Shown here: in pieces, positions 1 through 11,548 of the stretch
Layout of the letters: each line of letters opens with the position of its first letter
Position numbering within the stretch: position 1 is the stretch's first letter
Position numbers and translations under genes: made by a program
Notes under the pieces: model-generated
The model's input: only the letters and a program-made list of their open reading frames with translations
The model's database searches: none
Told to the model about the DNA's origin: nothing
NCBI GenBank assembly: GCA_002269645.1
Contig: NIVC01001756.1
Span: 26,165 to 90,164, forward strand
Direction of reading: 5' to 3'
Origin: Macrostomum lignano
Lineage: Eukaryota
DNA length: 64,000 nt

Positions 1-720
1 AATTACCTTGAGAAAACGCCCCTAATTACCTTTAGAAATCGCCCCTAATCTCCTTTAGAAATCGCCCCTAATTTCCTTGAAAAATCTCCCCAAATTACCT
101 TGAGAAATCGCCCCTAATTTCCTTGAAAAATCTCCCCAAATTACCTTGAGAAATCGCCCCTAATTTCCTTGAAAAATCTCCCCAAATTACCTTGAGAAAT
201 CGCCCCTAATTACCTTGAGAAAACGCCCCTAATTACCTTTAGAAATCGCCCCTAATCTCCTTTAGAAATCGCCCCTAATTTCCTTGAAAAATCTCCCCAA
301 ATTACCTTGAGAAATCGCCCCTAATTTCCTTGAAAAATCTCCCCAAATTACCTTGAGAAATCGCCCCTAATTTCCTTGAAAAATCTCCCCAAATTACCTT
401 GAGAAATCTCCCCTAATTTCCTTGAAAAATCTCCCCAAATTACCTTGAGAAATCGCCCCCGATTTCCTTGAGAAATCACCCCTTATTACCTTAAGAAGTC
501 ACTCCTGATTACCTTGAGAAAAAATTGCTCTTAATTACTTTGAGAAATCACCCTTAAATTCCTTGAGAAATCGCTCTTAATTTTTTTAAGAAATCGCCCT
601 TAATTACCTTGAGAAATCGCCCCTCATAACCTTGAGAAATCGCCCCTAATTACTTTAAGAAATCGCCCCTGATTTCCTTAAGAAATCACTCCTAATTACC
701 TTAAGGAATCGTCCCAATTA
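1..720. repeat. 23-bp minisatellite (AATTACCTTGAGAAATCGCCCCT) with a 46-bp dimeric higher-order pattern
   Basis: Period 23 read directly (units at 1, 24, 47). Degenerate relatives occur at ~1670-1890 and ~30830-31010. Probably lies in an intron of the MFS gene. Confidence 0.95.
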
Positions 721-772
721 CTTCTACCTAAAAACAACTGTAAATGCAATTAGATTTCAAACACTCCAACAG

Positions 773-2428
773 CTGGAATTAGCAGCCAAGGACGCTAACC
801 ACGACAAAGACTGCTGTCGCGGGACCAACAACGCCAACGAAGAACGTTGCGCGGACCAATCTTCCAAATCATCCTGTCGGTTGTCATGGCAACCAACAGG
901 AGAAGAGCGAGCCAGTATGCTGCTGTTTCGTTCGGCCGATCGTATCAATAGTCGTCACTGTCGGCATCATTGTCGCCATAGCAACAACGACGATAGCGTC
1001 CTTGGCAACCGGCTATCCAGATCGCAGCATCACCTAGCAACCGATGGCGTCGATAGTAACGGAAAATTAACAGTGGAAAATAATTCTGCACTGGGAGCTT
1101 TTAGCGCTATTGCAGCCCTGAGTCACAGTGTTGCCGCATTGGCTGAACAACCAATTGTCGAATTCTGCGCCAATCTGGATGGAGATAATAACGATTCAGA
1201 TGCTATTGTAGTCGCTAAAACTACTTTTAGTAGCAATAAACGCCTCAAAACTTCGAGTAAATCTAATTTGGGCGCTTGTACAGCTTTTCTATCGTTGGTG
1301 CGTCGCCTAGCAACCGTTGGACGAAGGCTATTCTCAGACTACCCTCTATTTAAAGTTGTACTATTCGTGTACACCGTGACGTGCTCGGGCACGGTTATGT
1401 TTGACGAATGCGTGAGCGTGTTTGCATTGGACAGGGCTGCCGGGTTGGCGCTGCAGTCTAAACACCTCGGCCTTATTAACATTATGGCGCTGGTGGCTTT
1501 GATGCCATTTATCGCCTTGCTGCCGCCTCTGAGCAAGATACTGGGCCCGATGAGGGTGAGTTCTGTTTTTGTTTGGAGAGCCATGCTTTTTTAAAAATAG
1601 TTTTTTAATAAAACGCATACCGGTATACTTGTAACTTTAACTTTGCCATAAAAATTCTTACAAATGCCTTTTGATTTCTTAGAAAATCGACCCTCAACTT
1701 TTTTGTTAAATCGCCCCTTGGCTTTTTATAGAGTCGCCCCTTGATTTCTTTTAAAATCTTCTCTCGATTTCTTAGAAAAGCCCCCCCCCAGGCTCTCAGA
1801 AAATCGGTTTCAGTCTTATAGAAAACCGCCATTTAAAATTAAAAATCTCTCATTAGTTTCCTAGAAACTCGCCTCTTCCTTAGAAAATCGCCGCTATCAT
1901 ATTTATTTATTAAGGTATTAAGATATTAATTTAATTAATTTAATTTAAATTTTAGTTTAAAAAAAATATTTTTCAAAGAATTCATTTCAATCTTGATGCG
2001 CAGGCTTTGATCGCGATGATCGTTTGTGTTTCAATTTCCGAGTAAGAATTCATTTATTTCGTTCAATTTAATCGCTCCAGAAAAAAGCCGATTACCCTTG
2101 TACATTTTTTACAATCCGCTGATCTTATCAGTCCGCTGATCTTTTTTTTCCTCAAAATAATGAGATAATAAACTCTCACCTGTACGCATCTACGTTATTT
2201 TTTACTGCAGCTTTGCAGTAAGTTGCAGTTTTCAGATGTAGCCAGACTGATTGCATTGCCTGTTTTGGTGGGCGTCTCTTAATTATATAGTTACGTTTTC
2301 TTAACACCCTTGCGTCCTAGAATGCTGGTGGAATACTGCAGCAGACAGACAGACAAATATTAAGGCAGACACTAAGACAGACAAACAGACAGACGAACAT
2401 ACAGACAGACAGACATACAGACATACAT

Positions 2429-2479
<51 letters not shown>

Positions 2480-3745
2480 CACTAAGGCAGACAAAGAAAC
2501 AGACAGACAGACAGACCGGTAGACAAACAAACAGATAGACAGACATTAAGGCAGACAAACAGACAGACAGACATTAAGGCAGACAAACAGAAAGACAAAC
2601 GAAGGCAGACAAACAGACAGACAGACATTAAGGCAGACAAACAGACAGACAGACATTAAGACAGACAAACAGAAAGACAAACGAAGGCAGACAAACAGAC
2701 AGACAGACATTAAGGCAGACAAACAGACAGACAGACATTAAGGCAGACAAACAGAAAGACAAACGAAGGCAGACAAACAGACAGACAGACATTAAAGCAG
2801 ACAAACAGACAGACAGACATTAAGGCAGACAAACAGAAAGACAAACGAAGGCAGACAAACAGACAGACACCAAGGCAGACTGACAGAAGACAGACAGACA
2901 GAGACAGGAAGACAGACAGATGCTACTTAGTCTGTAAGTCAGACAGGCGGACAGGCAAGCACAGACAAATTACTAACACCTAACGGCCACGTTTCATGTG
3001 GTAAAAGTTTTAAATTGTAAAAGAATTTTGCCTTGATTGCTTATAGAAAATTTATATTCCTATGCTACTACTGAATATAGTTTAGGTGGACTTAGTAATG
3101 TTGGATTCGTATTAAAAACGCTTTATTCTTTTGTTATCATTGCTAAACTTTGAGCAACATAACTGACCAATCGTTCTCTCCCAGATGCACATGATCGGCC
3201 TGCTAATTGGCGTAGTGGCGGTCACCTGCTTCCCCCTGTCCGTGCTGTTCGGCTGCCGCTCCAGCAACATCACGCCGTGTATCTTTGGCATCGGCACTTT
3301 GCTCACCGTGAAGAATATCTGTCTATTCTGGTGCTTCACTACCGTCAGCGTTCTGCTGAATAATTCCGTGTCTGCCAGCACTGCCGGAACCGCCAACGGA
3401 GTTGGAATTGTCTTCTCTAATGTGTCTCGGTGAGCATGCTGTGTGTCTGGCCTGCCGGGTGTTCCAGTGATAGTTGTGTGCGGTGTGTGCGCTACTTACC
3501 TAGTTTCTGTCTGTTTGTCTATCTGTCTGACTGTGTGTCTGCGTCTGTCTGTGTGTCTGTCTGTCTGTGTGTCTGCGTCTGTCTGTGTGTCTGTCTGTCT
3601 GTGTGTCTGTGTGCCTGCCTGTCTGTCTGTGTGTCTGTTTGTCTGTCTGTCTGTCTGTCTATCTGTCCGTCTGTCTGTCTGTCTGTCTGTCTGTCTGTGT
3701 GTCTGTCTGTCTGTCTGTCTATCTGTCCGTCTGTCTGTCTGTCTC

Positions 3746-3790
<45 letters not shown>

Positions 3791-3797
3791 GCCTGCC

Positions 3798-3834
<37 letters not shown>

Positions 3835-3847
3835 GTCCGTCTGTCTC

Positions 3848-3894
<47 letters not shown>

Positions 3895-3937
3895 GCCTGC
3901 CTGCCTGCCTGCCTGTCTGTCTTTGTGTGTGTCTGGC

Positions 3938-3976
<39 letters not shown>

Positions 3977-4329
3977 GTCTGTCTGTGTGTCCGTCTGTCT
4001 GCCTGCCTGCCTGCCTGTCTGTCTGTCTGTCTGTCTGTCTTTGTGTGTGTCTGGCTGTCTGTCTGTCTGTTTAGGATCGACCTATCAGTCCTACTTCTGT
4101 GTTAACTACGGCCAATGTTTTGTAAACCGGCCCTCGTCCCCCCAATAAAACCAACAGCATAATCGGCATCAGTGTCGGCACCAGCCTGCTGCAGTTCACC
4201 TTCAACCAGGGCCTTCCCTACCCTTTGGATTACAATCTGGTTTTCATTCTGGTTGGCGGCCTGCTATGCGTGTGCGCCGGTATCCAGTCGACCCTGCCTC
4301 TGCACATCGAAGATCAAATTCACAAATAA
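773..4329 (+). CDS. Major facilitator superfamily transporter, C-terminal half (ZIFL/MFSD-like); 5' exons lie upstream of the window
   Basis: Exons 773-1555, 3185-3429, 4158-4329. Acceptors CCAACAG/CTCCCAG/CCAACAG, donors GTGAGT/GTGAGC, phases 0 and 2 consistent. The spliced product has successive TM helices (FKVVLFVYTVTCSGTVMFDE; IGLLIGVVAVTCFPLSVLF; NNSVSASTAGTANGVG; IIGISVGTSLL; GLPYPLDYNLVFILVGGLL...LPLHIEDQIHK*). Confidence 0.8.
2340..2960 (+). repeat. (CAGA)n-derived microsatellite with a longer higher-order unit (ACATTAAGG/ACGAAGG spacers)
   Basis: Read directly; lies in MFS intron 1556-3184. Confidence 0.95.
3505..4070 (+). repeat. (TCTG)n microsatellite
   Basis: Read directly; lies in MFS intron 3430-4157 and is the reverse complement of the upstream CAGA array. 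Confidence 0.95.
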
Positions 4330-4847
4330 TTTGCTTTTGAAGCAACATTTTTATGCCAATGGAGGGCGCGGTCGTTAATATTTTTGCGTGTTTTTTTCTG
4401 GATTTTTTCTTTGTCTAGTTTTTGATTAAATTTTCTTAACAGAATCTCTGCGTAACCTGTCAGTATATATATAAACAAATCGGATAAGTCAGATTAATTG
4501 GCTTTAATACAGTAATAATATATAAGACGAGACAGCTGGTAGTTATAGTCAGTTAACTACACTCGTAAAATCTCGCAAATGTTTATTTTTCCTGTCGTAT
4601 TGTCTATAGTATTCATCTGTTTTTGCTTAATATCGTTTATATTCTTAATCTCTTAAAACAGAAATTTAAACTTGTTCTCAATTGTGCTCAATTTAGCATT
4701 CGTCCGTTTGCGTATCAAATAGTACATAGATAGTATATTATAGTGCGGCAATATTGCGCCAATTGGGAACTTCGTTTCTTTCGTTGATTTACGGCTTCGT
4801 TGATAAACTTAAGTGTTCTTGGACGGCGGGGCACAAAAACCACAAAA

Positions 4848-5155
4848 GCCACGCTTTATTAGCGTCCGAGCGTGTGGAGTGAGTGGGGTCGAAAATATCG
4901 ATTTTCCTGTCGGCCCAAAAACCACCACCCCATTGCCATAGCCAGACTGACTTTAAATTAACGGTGTAGGCTTGCCACGCTTTATTGGTGTCCGAGTGTG
5001 TAGAGTAAGTGGGGTCGAAAATATCGATTTTCCTGTCGGCCCAAAAACCACCACCCCATTGCCATAGCCCGACTGACTTTAAATTAACGGTGTAGGCTTG
5101 CCACGCTTTATTGGTGTCCGAGCGTGTAGTGAGTGGGGTCGACGAAAATATCGAT
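4848..5155. repeat. 126-bp tandem repeat, ~2.5 copies
   Basis: GCCACGCTTTATT recurs at 4848, 4974 and 5100 with near-identical intervening sequence. Confidence 0.9.
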
Positions 5156-6199
5156 TTTTAAATTAAATTTTAATTTAAAAAAAAACGACAACAATCCCTT
5201 CATGTACTTCCCTCCCATGGCCCTCTTAATTATTATTGGCTTGACATCGGCCTCCCTCTAGTTAGTAGTGCTTCATCTTTTATAAATTCTTTATTGTGCG
5301 CTGCGGCAACACCTGACAGCGGCTGTGCTCTCTAATTTTTGGATGTTTCGGCGTACCAAAGGTATCCAATAATTTCAAATCTAACGCCAGAGCTTTTATT
5401 CGACAAGTGTTTAGTCAATTTCTATATTTAAAAAAATTGCATGTGGCCGCCAAGTTTATGGTGTCTTTGACTAGACTGGCAATTGTACTTTTATCTTAAA
5501 ACAGCTCTTTAAATAATTTGTATGTTTTGATCTCTGTTTTCGCTTTTCAGTGTTATGTATCTTATGTGTGCGCTCAAAAGCCAGAAAAATTTTGAAAGAA
5601 AAATAAAGACGAAGTTGTTTTGCTAGCATTCTGCTAACTTCGGAATGTTTAGTTTATGAGTTGTTGGGACACATCTGTGAGATAGAACACTGATTTCAGT
5701 TAAATTTTGGAAAAAAAATTGCTGTTGTTGAACAACTATTAGTTTCCTGATTTTTAGAATCTCAATTCTAACCTTATCACAATAGACAGCTTGATTGCGT
5801 TTTATAGTCTATCTTACAGAAAATACTCGTAACTTTTGGAAGTACCATTTACCTTGCTTTAAGTCATTAACTACTTGTCATTGCAATACATATAATAGAT
5901 TATTATTAACGAGGAAAACAACACTATTCAACCTTTTCTAACCCATCTTAATATGTATTTTTGTTGCCTGCAGTTTAATATCCTCAGGTTCCGCTATTCG
6001 TTTTGATTTTAAAGCATCAGAACACAATTCAGCTGTGTGCTAAAGGTTCCGAATATAAAAAAGCACTAGAGAGATTACATTTCGTTATAAAATCTAATTA
6101 GATTTTTTCTGCGTTTTATTTGATGTTGCTTAAAAATGCAAATGATTGTTTAAGTTTTCCTACCAAAAGGTAATAGTTTACTGGGGAGAAAGAAATGAG

Positions 6200-7985
6200 G
6201 AGAATAGTAGCTAGCGGTAGAGGAAAGAAAGAAAAAAGAGCGGTAAAGGAGAGGAACGGGTGTGGAGGGGAGAAGATAGAGGAAGATAGAGGAACAGGGG
6301 TAGAGAAGAGAAACAGGGGTAGAGCAGAGGAACAGGGGTAGAGAAAAGGAACAGGTGTAGAGGAGAAGAACAGGGGTAGAGAAAAAGAACAAGGATAGAG
6401 AAAAGGAACAGGGGTAGAGAAAAGGAACAGGTGTAGAGGAGAGGAACAGGTGTAGAGGAGAGAAACAGGAGTAGAGAAAAAGAACAAGGGTAGAGAAAAG
6501 GAACAGGGGTAGAGAAAAGGAACAGGTGTAGAGGAGAGGAACAGGTGTAGAGGAGAGAAACAGGTGTAGAGGAGAGGAACAGGGATAGAAAAAAAGAGAG
6601 GTAGAAGAGAGAAACAGGTGTAGAGGAGAGGAACAGGTGTAGAGGAGAGGAACAGGAGTAGAGAAAAAGAACAAGGGTAGAGAAAAGGAACAGGGGTAGA
6701 GAAAAGGAACAGGTGTAGAGGAGAGGAACAGGTGTAGAGGAGAGAAACAGGTGTAGAGGAGAGGAACAGGTGTAGAGAAAAGGAACAGGTGTAGAGGAGA
6801 GGAACAGGGGTAGAGGAGAGAAACAGGTGTAGAGAAGAGGAACAGGTGTAGAGGAGAGGAACAGGGGTAGAGCAGAGAAACAGGGGTAGAGAAAAGGAAC
6901 AGGTGTAGAGGAGAGAAACAGGTGTAGAGGAGAGGAACAGGGGTAGAGCAGAGGAACAGGGGTAGAGAAAAGGAACAGGTGTAGAGGAGAGAAACAGGTG
7001 TAGAGGAGAGGAACAGGTGTAGAGGAGAGGAACAGGGGTAAAGAAAAGGAACAGGGGTAGAGAAAAGGAACAGGTGTAGAAGTGAGGAACAGGGGTAGAG
7101 AAAAAGGAACAGGAGTATAGGAAAGAGGCGTAGAGGAGAGGTAAAGGGATAGAAAAAAAAGAGGTAGAAGAGAGAAACAGGTGTAGAGGAGAGAAACAGG
7201 TGTAGAGAAGAGGAACAGGTGTAGAGGAGAGGAACAGGGGTAGAGCAGAGAAACAGGGGTAGAGAAAAGGAACAGGTGTAGAGGAGAGAAACAGGTGTAG
7301 AGGAGAGGAACAGGGGTAGAGCAGAGGAACAGGGGTAGAGAAAAGGAACAGGTGTAGAGGAGAGAAACAGGTGTAGAGGAGAGAAACAGGTGTAGAGGAG
7401 AGGAACAGGGGTAGAGCAGAGGAACAGGGGTAGAGAAAAGGAACAGGTGTAGAGGAGAGAAACAGGTGTAGAGGAGAGGAACAGGTGTAGAGGAGAGGAA
7501 CAGGGGTAGAGAAAAGGAACAGGTGTAGAAGTGAGGAACAGGGGTAGAGAAAAAGGAACAGGAGTATAGGAAAGAGGCGTAGAGGAGAGGTAAAGGGATA
7601 GAAAAAAAGAGGTAGAAGAGAGAAACAGGTGTAGAGGAGAGAAACAGGTGTAGAGAAGAGGAACAGGTGTAGAGGAGAGGAACAGGTGTAGAGGAGAGGA
7701 ACAGGTGTAGAGGAAAGGAACAGATGTAGAGGAGAGGAACAGGGGTAGAGAAAAGGAACAGGTGTAGAGGAGAGGAGAGGAACAGGTGTAGAGGAGAGGA
7801 ACAGGGGTAGAGAAAAGGAACAGGGGTAGAGCAGAGGAACAGGGGTAGAGAAAAGAAACAGGTGTAGAGGAGAGAAACAGGGGTAGAGAAAAGGAAGAGG
7901 GGTAGAGCAGAGGAACAGGGGTAGAGAAAAGGAAGAGGGGTAGAGGAGAGGAACAGGGGGTGGAAAGGAAGCGGAGTGGAAAATG
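6200..7985. repeat. Purine-rich 21-bp minisatellite (AGGAACAGGTGTAGAGGAGAG)
   Basis: Read directly. Bounded by a good donor AG|GTAATA (6170) and an acceptor TTTTAAAAG (8050). Confidence 0.95.
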
Positions 7986-8128
7986 TTCAGAATCAACTCA
8001 CTCCACAAAGCTTCGTTCTCATTTATTGATGACTGATTTAGTTTTAAAAGATCCGTGAGAAACTTCCGGGTGCACAACAGCAGCACATGCTGCCACAATA
8101 GAGATTGCATTTACATGCAACAGCAGCA

Positions 8129-8383
8129 ATGCACCGGTACCAGCTGTATCAACACGAGTCTGAGCAGCAGGGTTCAAGAAGCCGATCAGGCCGACTCGAT
8201 AGTTTGAGTGTGATAAAAGTTCTGATACTAGTTATGCTAGTGGTTGCCGGCATTGTCACATTAGTTGTCGTTGCCAGCGTAGCCGACAGCGAATCAGCAT
8301 CCGCATCGAATTTCTTAGAAGAGCTGCCGTTTGATCAACGGTCGACGGGTTCGAATACGGATCACGTGCCCGCCGCTTCCTAG
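8129..8383 (+). CDS. Candidate small single-pass membrane protein (84 aa), no recognised family
   Basis: GC-richer island with ATG at 8129 and one hydrophobic stretch (VIKVLILVMLVVAGIVTLVVVASVA). I recognise no homology, and an alternative frame exists (see findings). Confidence 0.3.
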   Translation: MHRYQLYQHESEQQGSRSRSGRLDSLSVIKVLILVMLVVAGIVTLVVVASVADSESASASNFLEELPFDQRSTGSNTDHVPAAS

Positions 8384-8989
8384 AGGCTTTTCAAAGGGAG
8401 AAACTGATCAATTCAATTGCTTATTTCTGGTCGTCTGTTCTTTGAAAAATATTTTAGAATCTTTCAATTAAAATATTCGGATTTTTTCATCGTTCTACTT
8501 CAAGTAGCAATTTTTTTAGAATTGTTTTTACATGCAAAATTTGTTTTTAACTAATTACTATTGCCTTGCTTTAATTTGTTAATCTGGTCAACTTTTTAAA
8601 CTTATTAGGCAAACATAGAAGCTTTTTGTGGCATCTGAATGTCTCAAAAGTTGTTAAAATCAAGATCGGTAAAGTGTTCAAGTTTCGCTATTTTAATGTA
8701 GTGACGTAATTTTATAATACTTCTATGTTCTATGTTTTTTCAATTGTTAAGTCTCTCTACACGCTGCTGATTTTGACTATACATGTGAGTGCAAAATGCT
8801 ATTATATAATTTCAGGTAATCGGTTCATTCTTTAATGGCTGTCAGTATATTGATGTTGCAATTTTCAACTTGGTGTTCGATTTGCCATTGTTTTATTTTT
8901 ACGCTGCTAACCAGGGGCGAAACTATAAAATATTTTTTGTTGCACGCATGTGCGCCAAAAGAATAGGGGCGCCAAATTAGCCATGGAAG

Positions 8990-9435
8990 AGAGGGTGGCA
9001 AAGCTACGGAAGAGAGGGGGCGCCAAAGCTACTGTGAAGAGGGCGCCAAAGCTACCGTGAGAGGGGGTGCAAAAGCTACCGTGAGAGGGGGTGCCAAAGC
9101 TACCGTGAGAGGGGGTGCCAAAGCTACCGTGAGAGGGGGCGCCAAAGCTACCGTAAGAGAGGGGGTGCCAAAGCTACCGTGAGAGTGGGCGCCAAAGCTA
9201 CCCTGAGAGGGGGCGCCAAAGCTACCCTGAGAGGGGGCGCCAAAGCTACCGTAAGAGAGGGGCGCCAAAGCTACCGTGAGAGGGGGCGCCAAAGCTACCG
9301 TGAGAGGGGGTGCCAAAGCTACCGTGAGAGGGGGCGCCAAAGCTACCGTGAGAGGGGGTGCCAAAGCTACCGTGAGAGGGGGTGCCAAAGCTACCGTGAG
9401 AGGGGGCGCCAAAGCTACCCTGAGAGGGGGCGCCA
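8990..9435. repeat. 24-bp minisatellite (GGGGGCGCCAAAGCTACCGTGAGA)
   Basis: Read directly; abuts the 3' end of the decayed transposase. Confidence 0.95.
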
Positions 9436-9459
9436 AAGCTACTTTAAAAGGGTACCATG

Positions 9460-11548
9460 TACTCTTCCAGCACTCTGGCCAACGCCCAGTGTAGCCAAAT
9501 TAGCCATTAACCATAATCAGCCAGTGTTGCAAGCGACTGTGAACTTAATCGATGTCAAGTCTAGCTCATCTAGAAGTGCTCGCACATTTGCATAGTTCTC
9601 CTGGACATCCTCAGCAATTGCGATGATAAACAGTTTTTTTACGCCAAAGTTGCTTATTTGTGACTCCCTGCTCAGCTTCTTAGGTGTTGACTCTGCCTGT
9701 TGTTCAGTAGGCAGTAGCTCGTACTGGGGCGACACTAAGGCAGATTTTTAGCGAGCCACCACCTCCATCCATCCCCAGCTTCAATCTCACATCGATCTCA
9801 CTAAATCCTCGCTTTGAGCAAATGAAGCTCAGCAGGCCCTGCAGATTGGGGCATATGACGGAACATCTTGTGGTATCAGTAAAGCTGCCACCTGAGGACC
9901 AGTCTTCCCACTAGCTGCGGAATTTCCGCAGTGAGGAAATTTTAAGTAGACCTGCGGAAAATCAAGGGGATTTTCGTACTCTACGGAAATTTTTCATTTC
10001 TGAATTTGCTCTCATGTTATACCCCAATACCCCAATACTGACTACTGGTTCGGTTTGTTGTTCAATATCTTTGTGGAAATTGTTATGCTGCGATTTTGTT
10101 GCACTGTTCTTGTGATTTTCTGATTTTCTATACTCGATCCAGACTACCTGATGTCATCTGATCACCGTCACCTTTATTGTATCCCTGCCCTTCCTGTCTT
10201 CTCCCTTCCTGTCCTTTCCCTTCCTGTTCCTCTCCCTTCCTGTCCTGTCCTCTCCCTTCCTGTCCTATCCTCTCCCTTCCTTTCCTGTCCTCTCCTTTTC
10301 TGTCCCTCTCCCTTCCTTTCCTGTCCCTGTGCTTTCCTCGTACCAAGATTTCTGAGCATACAGAATGGAATTTGCTTATCCATTCACCTGCGCGCTTGCG
10401 GCTTGCATGCATTCACAGCTAGCTGCATCAGTTGCAGCGAGATGAAGTTTTAGCTCAAAACTGGCTTAGGGGGGTCATCTGAACCAGCGCAAAACAGCCT
10501 TGGGTAGGGCGTTTGTGAACCTAAAAAGTAGTAAAAATTGTGTCTAGCTTCATTTTTAGGGCTTGCATTGGTTAGGACATATTTTTCTACCCTGCGGAAT
10601 TTCTCTTATGCTGCGGAAGAAAAATGGGCAAAGTGTGGCGTGGCAACACTGCTGAGGACTTTTGAGTGAATTTGAGCTGCCGCATCTCAAAAAAACTCTC
10701 CGCGATGCTGCCTGCGGCTGCCTGCGGCTGCCCGCAGTCCGGGTTGCACGGCCTTACGACTGCCTGATAATTGTGGCTGCCATGTTTGTCTGCCGGTCAC
10801 TCAGATCGAGAGATGTCTTTAACGTTACTAGTGTCTCTGTCCTCAGCGCTCTCTGCTCATTTGAATCATTTGCATGCCTCAGCTGCATTGGTGGGCCACC
10901 GGTGGCACTGGAAATAGAAGCCATTGATCCATGTCCTGATGCTGCTGCTGCTCTTAGCTTTTCACGCATTACGTCATGAGCGATGTGCTCTTTTGATGTA
11001 GGGCTGAGCGCGCGCAGGTACTGCAACTTGCTGGAGACGCTGCACTCGTGCCTCAGGCCTTTGCCCACCTAGCACCTAGTGCAGCGCTTCTCCGAGTCTC
11101 TTTCCTGGCTTCGAGTTGTTTCTGCATATGCAGGTCGTCCTTGGGGCAATTTATGGTTGGCCCGGCTGCTGTCAGGCATGTATGGGTGCCAGACCGCCAC
11201 TCGCTTGTTTGATGGGCTGGAAACCACCTGGCAGATACAGCAGGAGCAGTGCGGATGCTCACGTGTGAGTTGTGGCAAAACCTTTAAGTCTGCAACAATT
11301 TGAAGGTATGGCAGTCGAGCAGGCAGTTCTTGTGGTACAGGTGACGTCTGTGACTGCAATTTCTTGCTGCAGCAGCTGCACATGCCTCCTGGCAGAGTAT
11401 TACGGATGTAGGCATGACAGAATTCTGGCAGGATAAATTGCTCGATGAGTTCTGCCTGAGCAGCTGAAATAACGCGATCGGCTTTGCGGAAGCAGAGGAT
11501 GCAGCACCAGATACGATTCTCTTCATGTGTGCGTCGAAAGTTTGGCAT
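9460..11548 (-). pseudogene. Decayed DNA-transposon transposase, Chapaev (CMC)-like, with an N-terminal zinc-binding motif
   Basis: ATG at 11548 gives THEENRIWCCILC...LPGGMCSCC...HCSCCIC, then CTRC*VGKGLRHEC, LSDRQTNMAATIIR, EFF/EMRQ, KLGMDGGGGSLKICLSV and FGVKKLFIIAIAEDVQENYANV. In-frame stops at 11069-11071 and 10754-10756, several frameshifts and a hAT insertion. The superfamily call is from recalled motifs, not a search. Confidence 0.7.
9900..10651. mobile_element. Non-autonomous hAT-type element (752 bp) inserted in the transposase
   Basis: 8-bp TSD CTGAGGAC at 9892-9899 and 10652-10659. Imperfect 11-bp TIR: CAGTCTTCCCA versus revcomp CAGTGTTGCCA. Internal pyrimidine-rich repeat at ~10170-10330. 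Confidence 0.85.

Noticed and set aside
3430-4148. Cys/Leu/Ser/Val-rich ORFs (also 2301-2558)
   Set aside because: Readings of (TCTG)n and (CAGA)n microsatellites.
6116-8110. 664-aa minus-strand ORF
   Set aside because: Translation of the 21-bp purine repeat, whose complement lacks stops; no domain or splice support.
8912-8990. CAGGGGCG... as the left end of a hAT element carrying the 24-bp repeat
   Set aside because: I found no matching right TIR or TSD.
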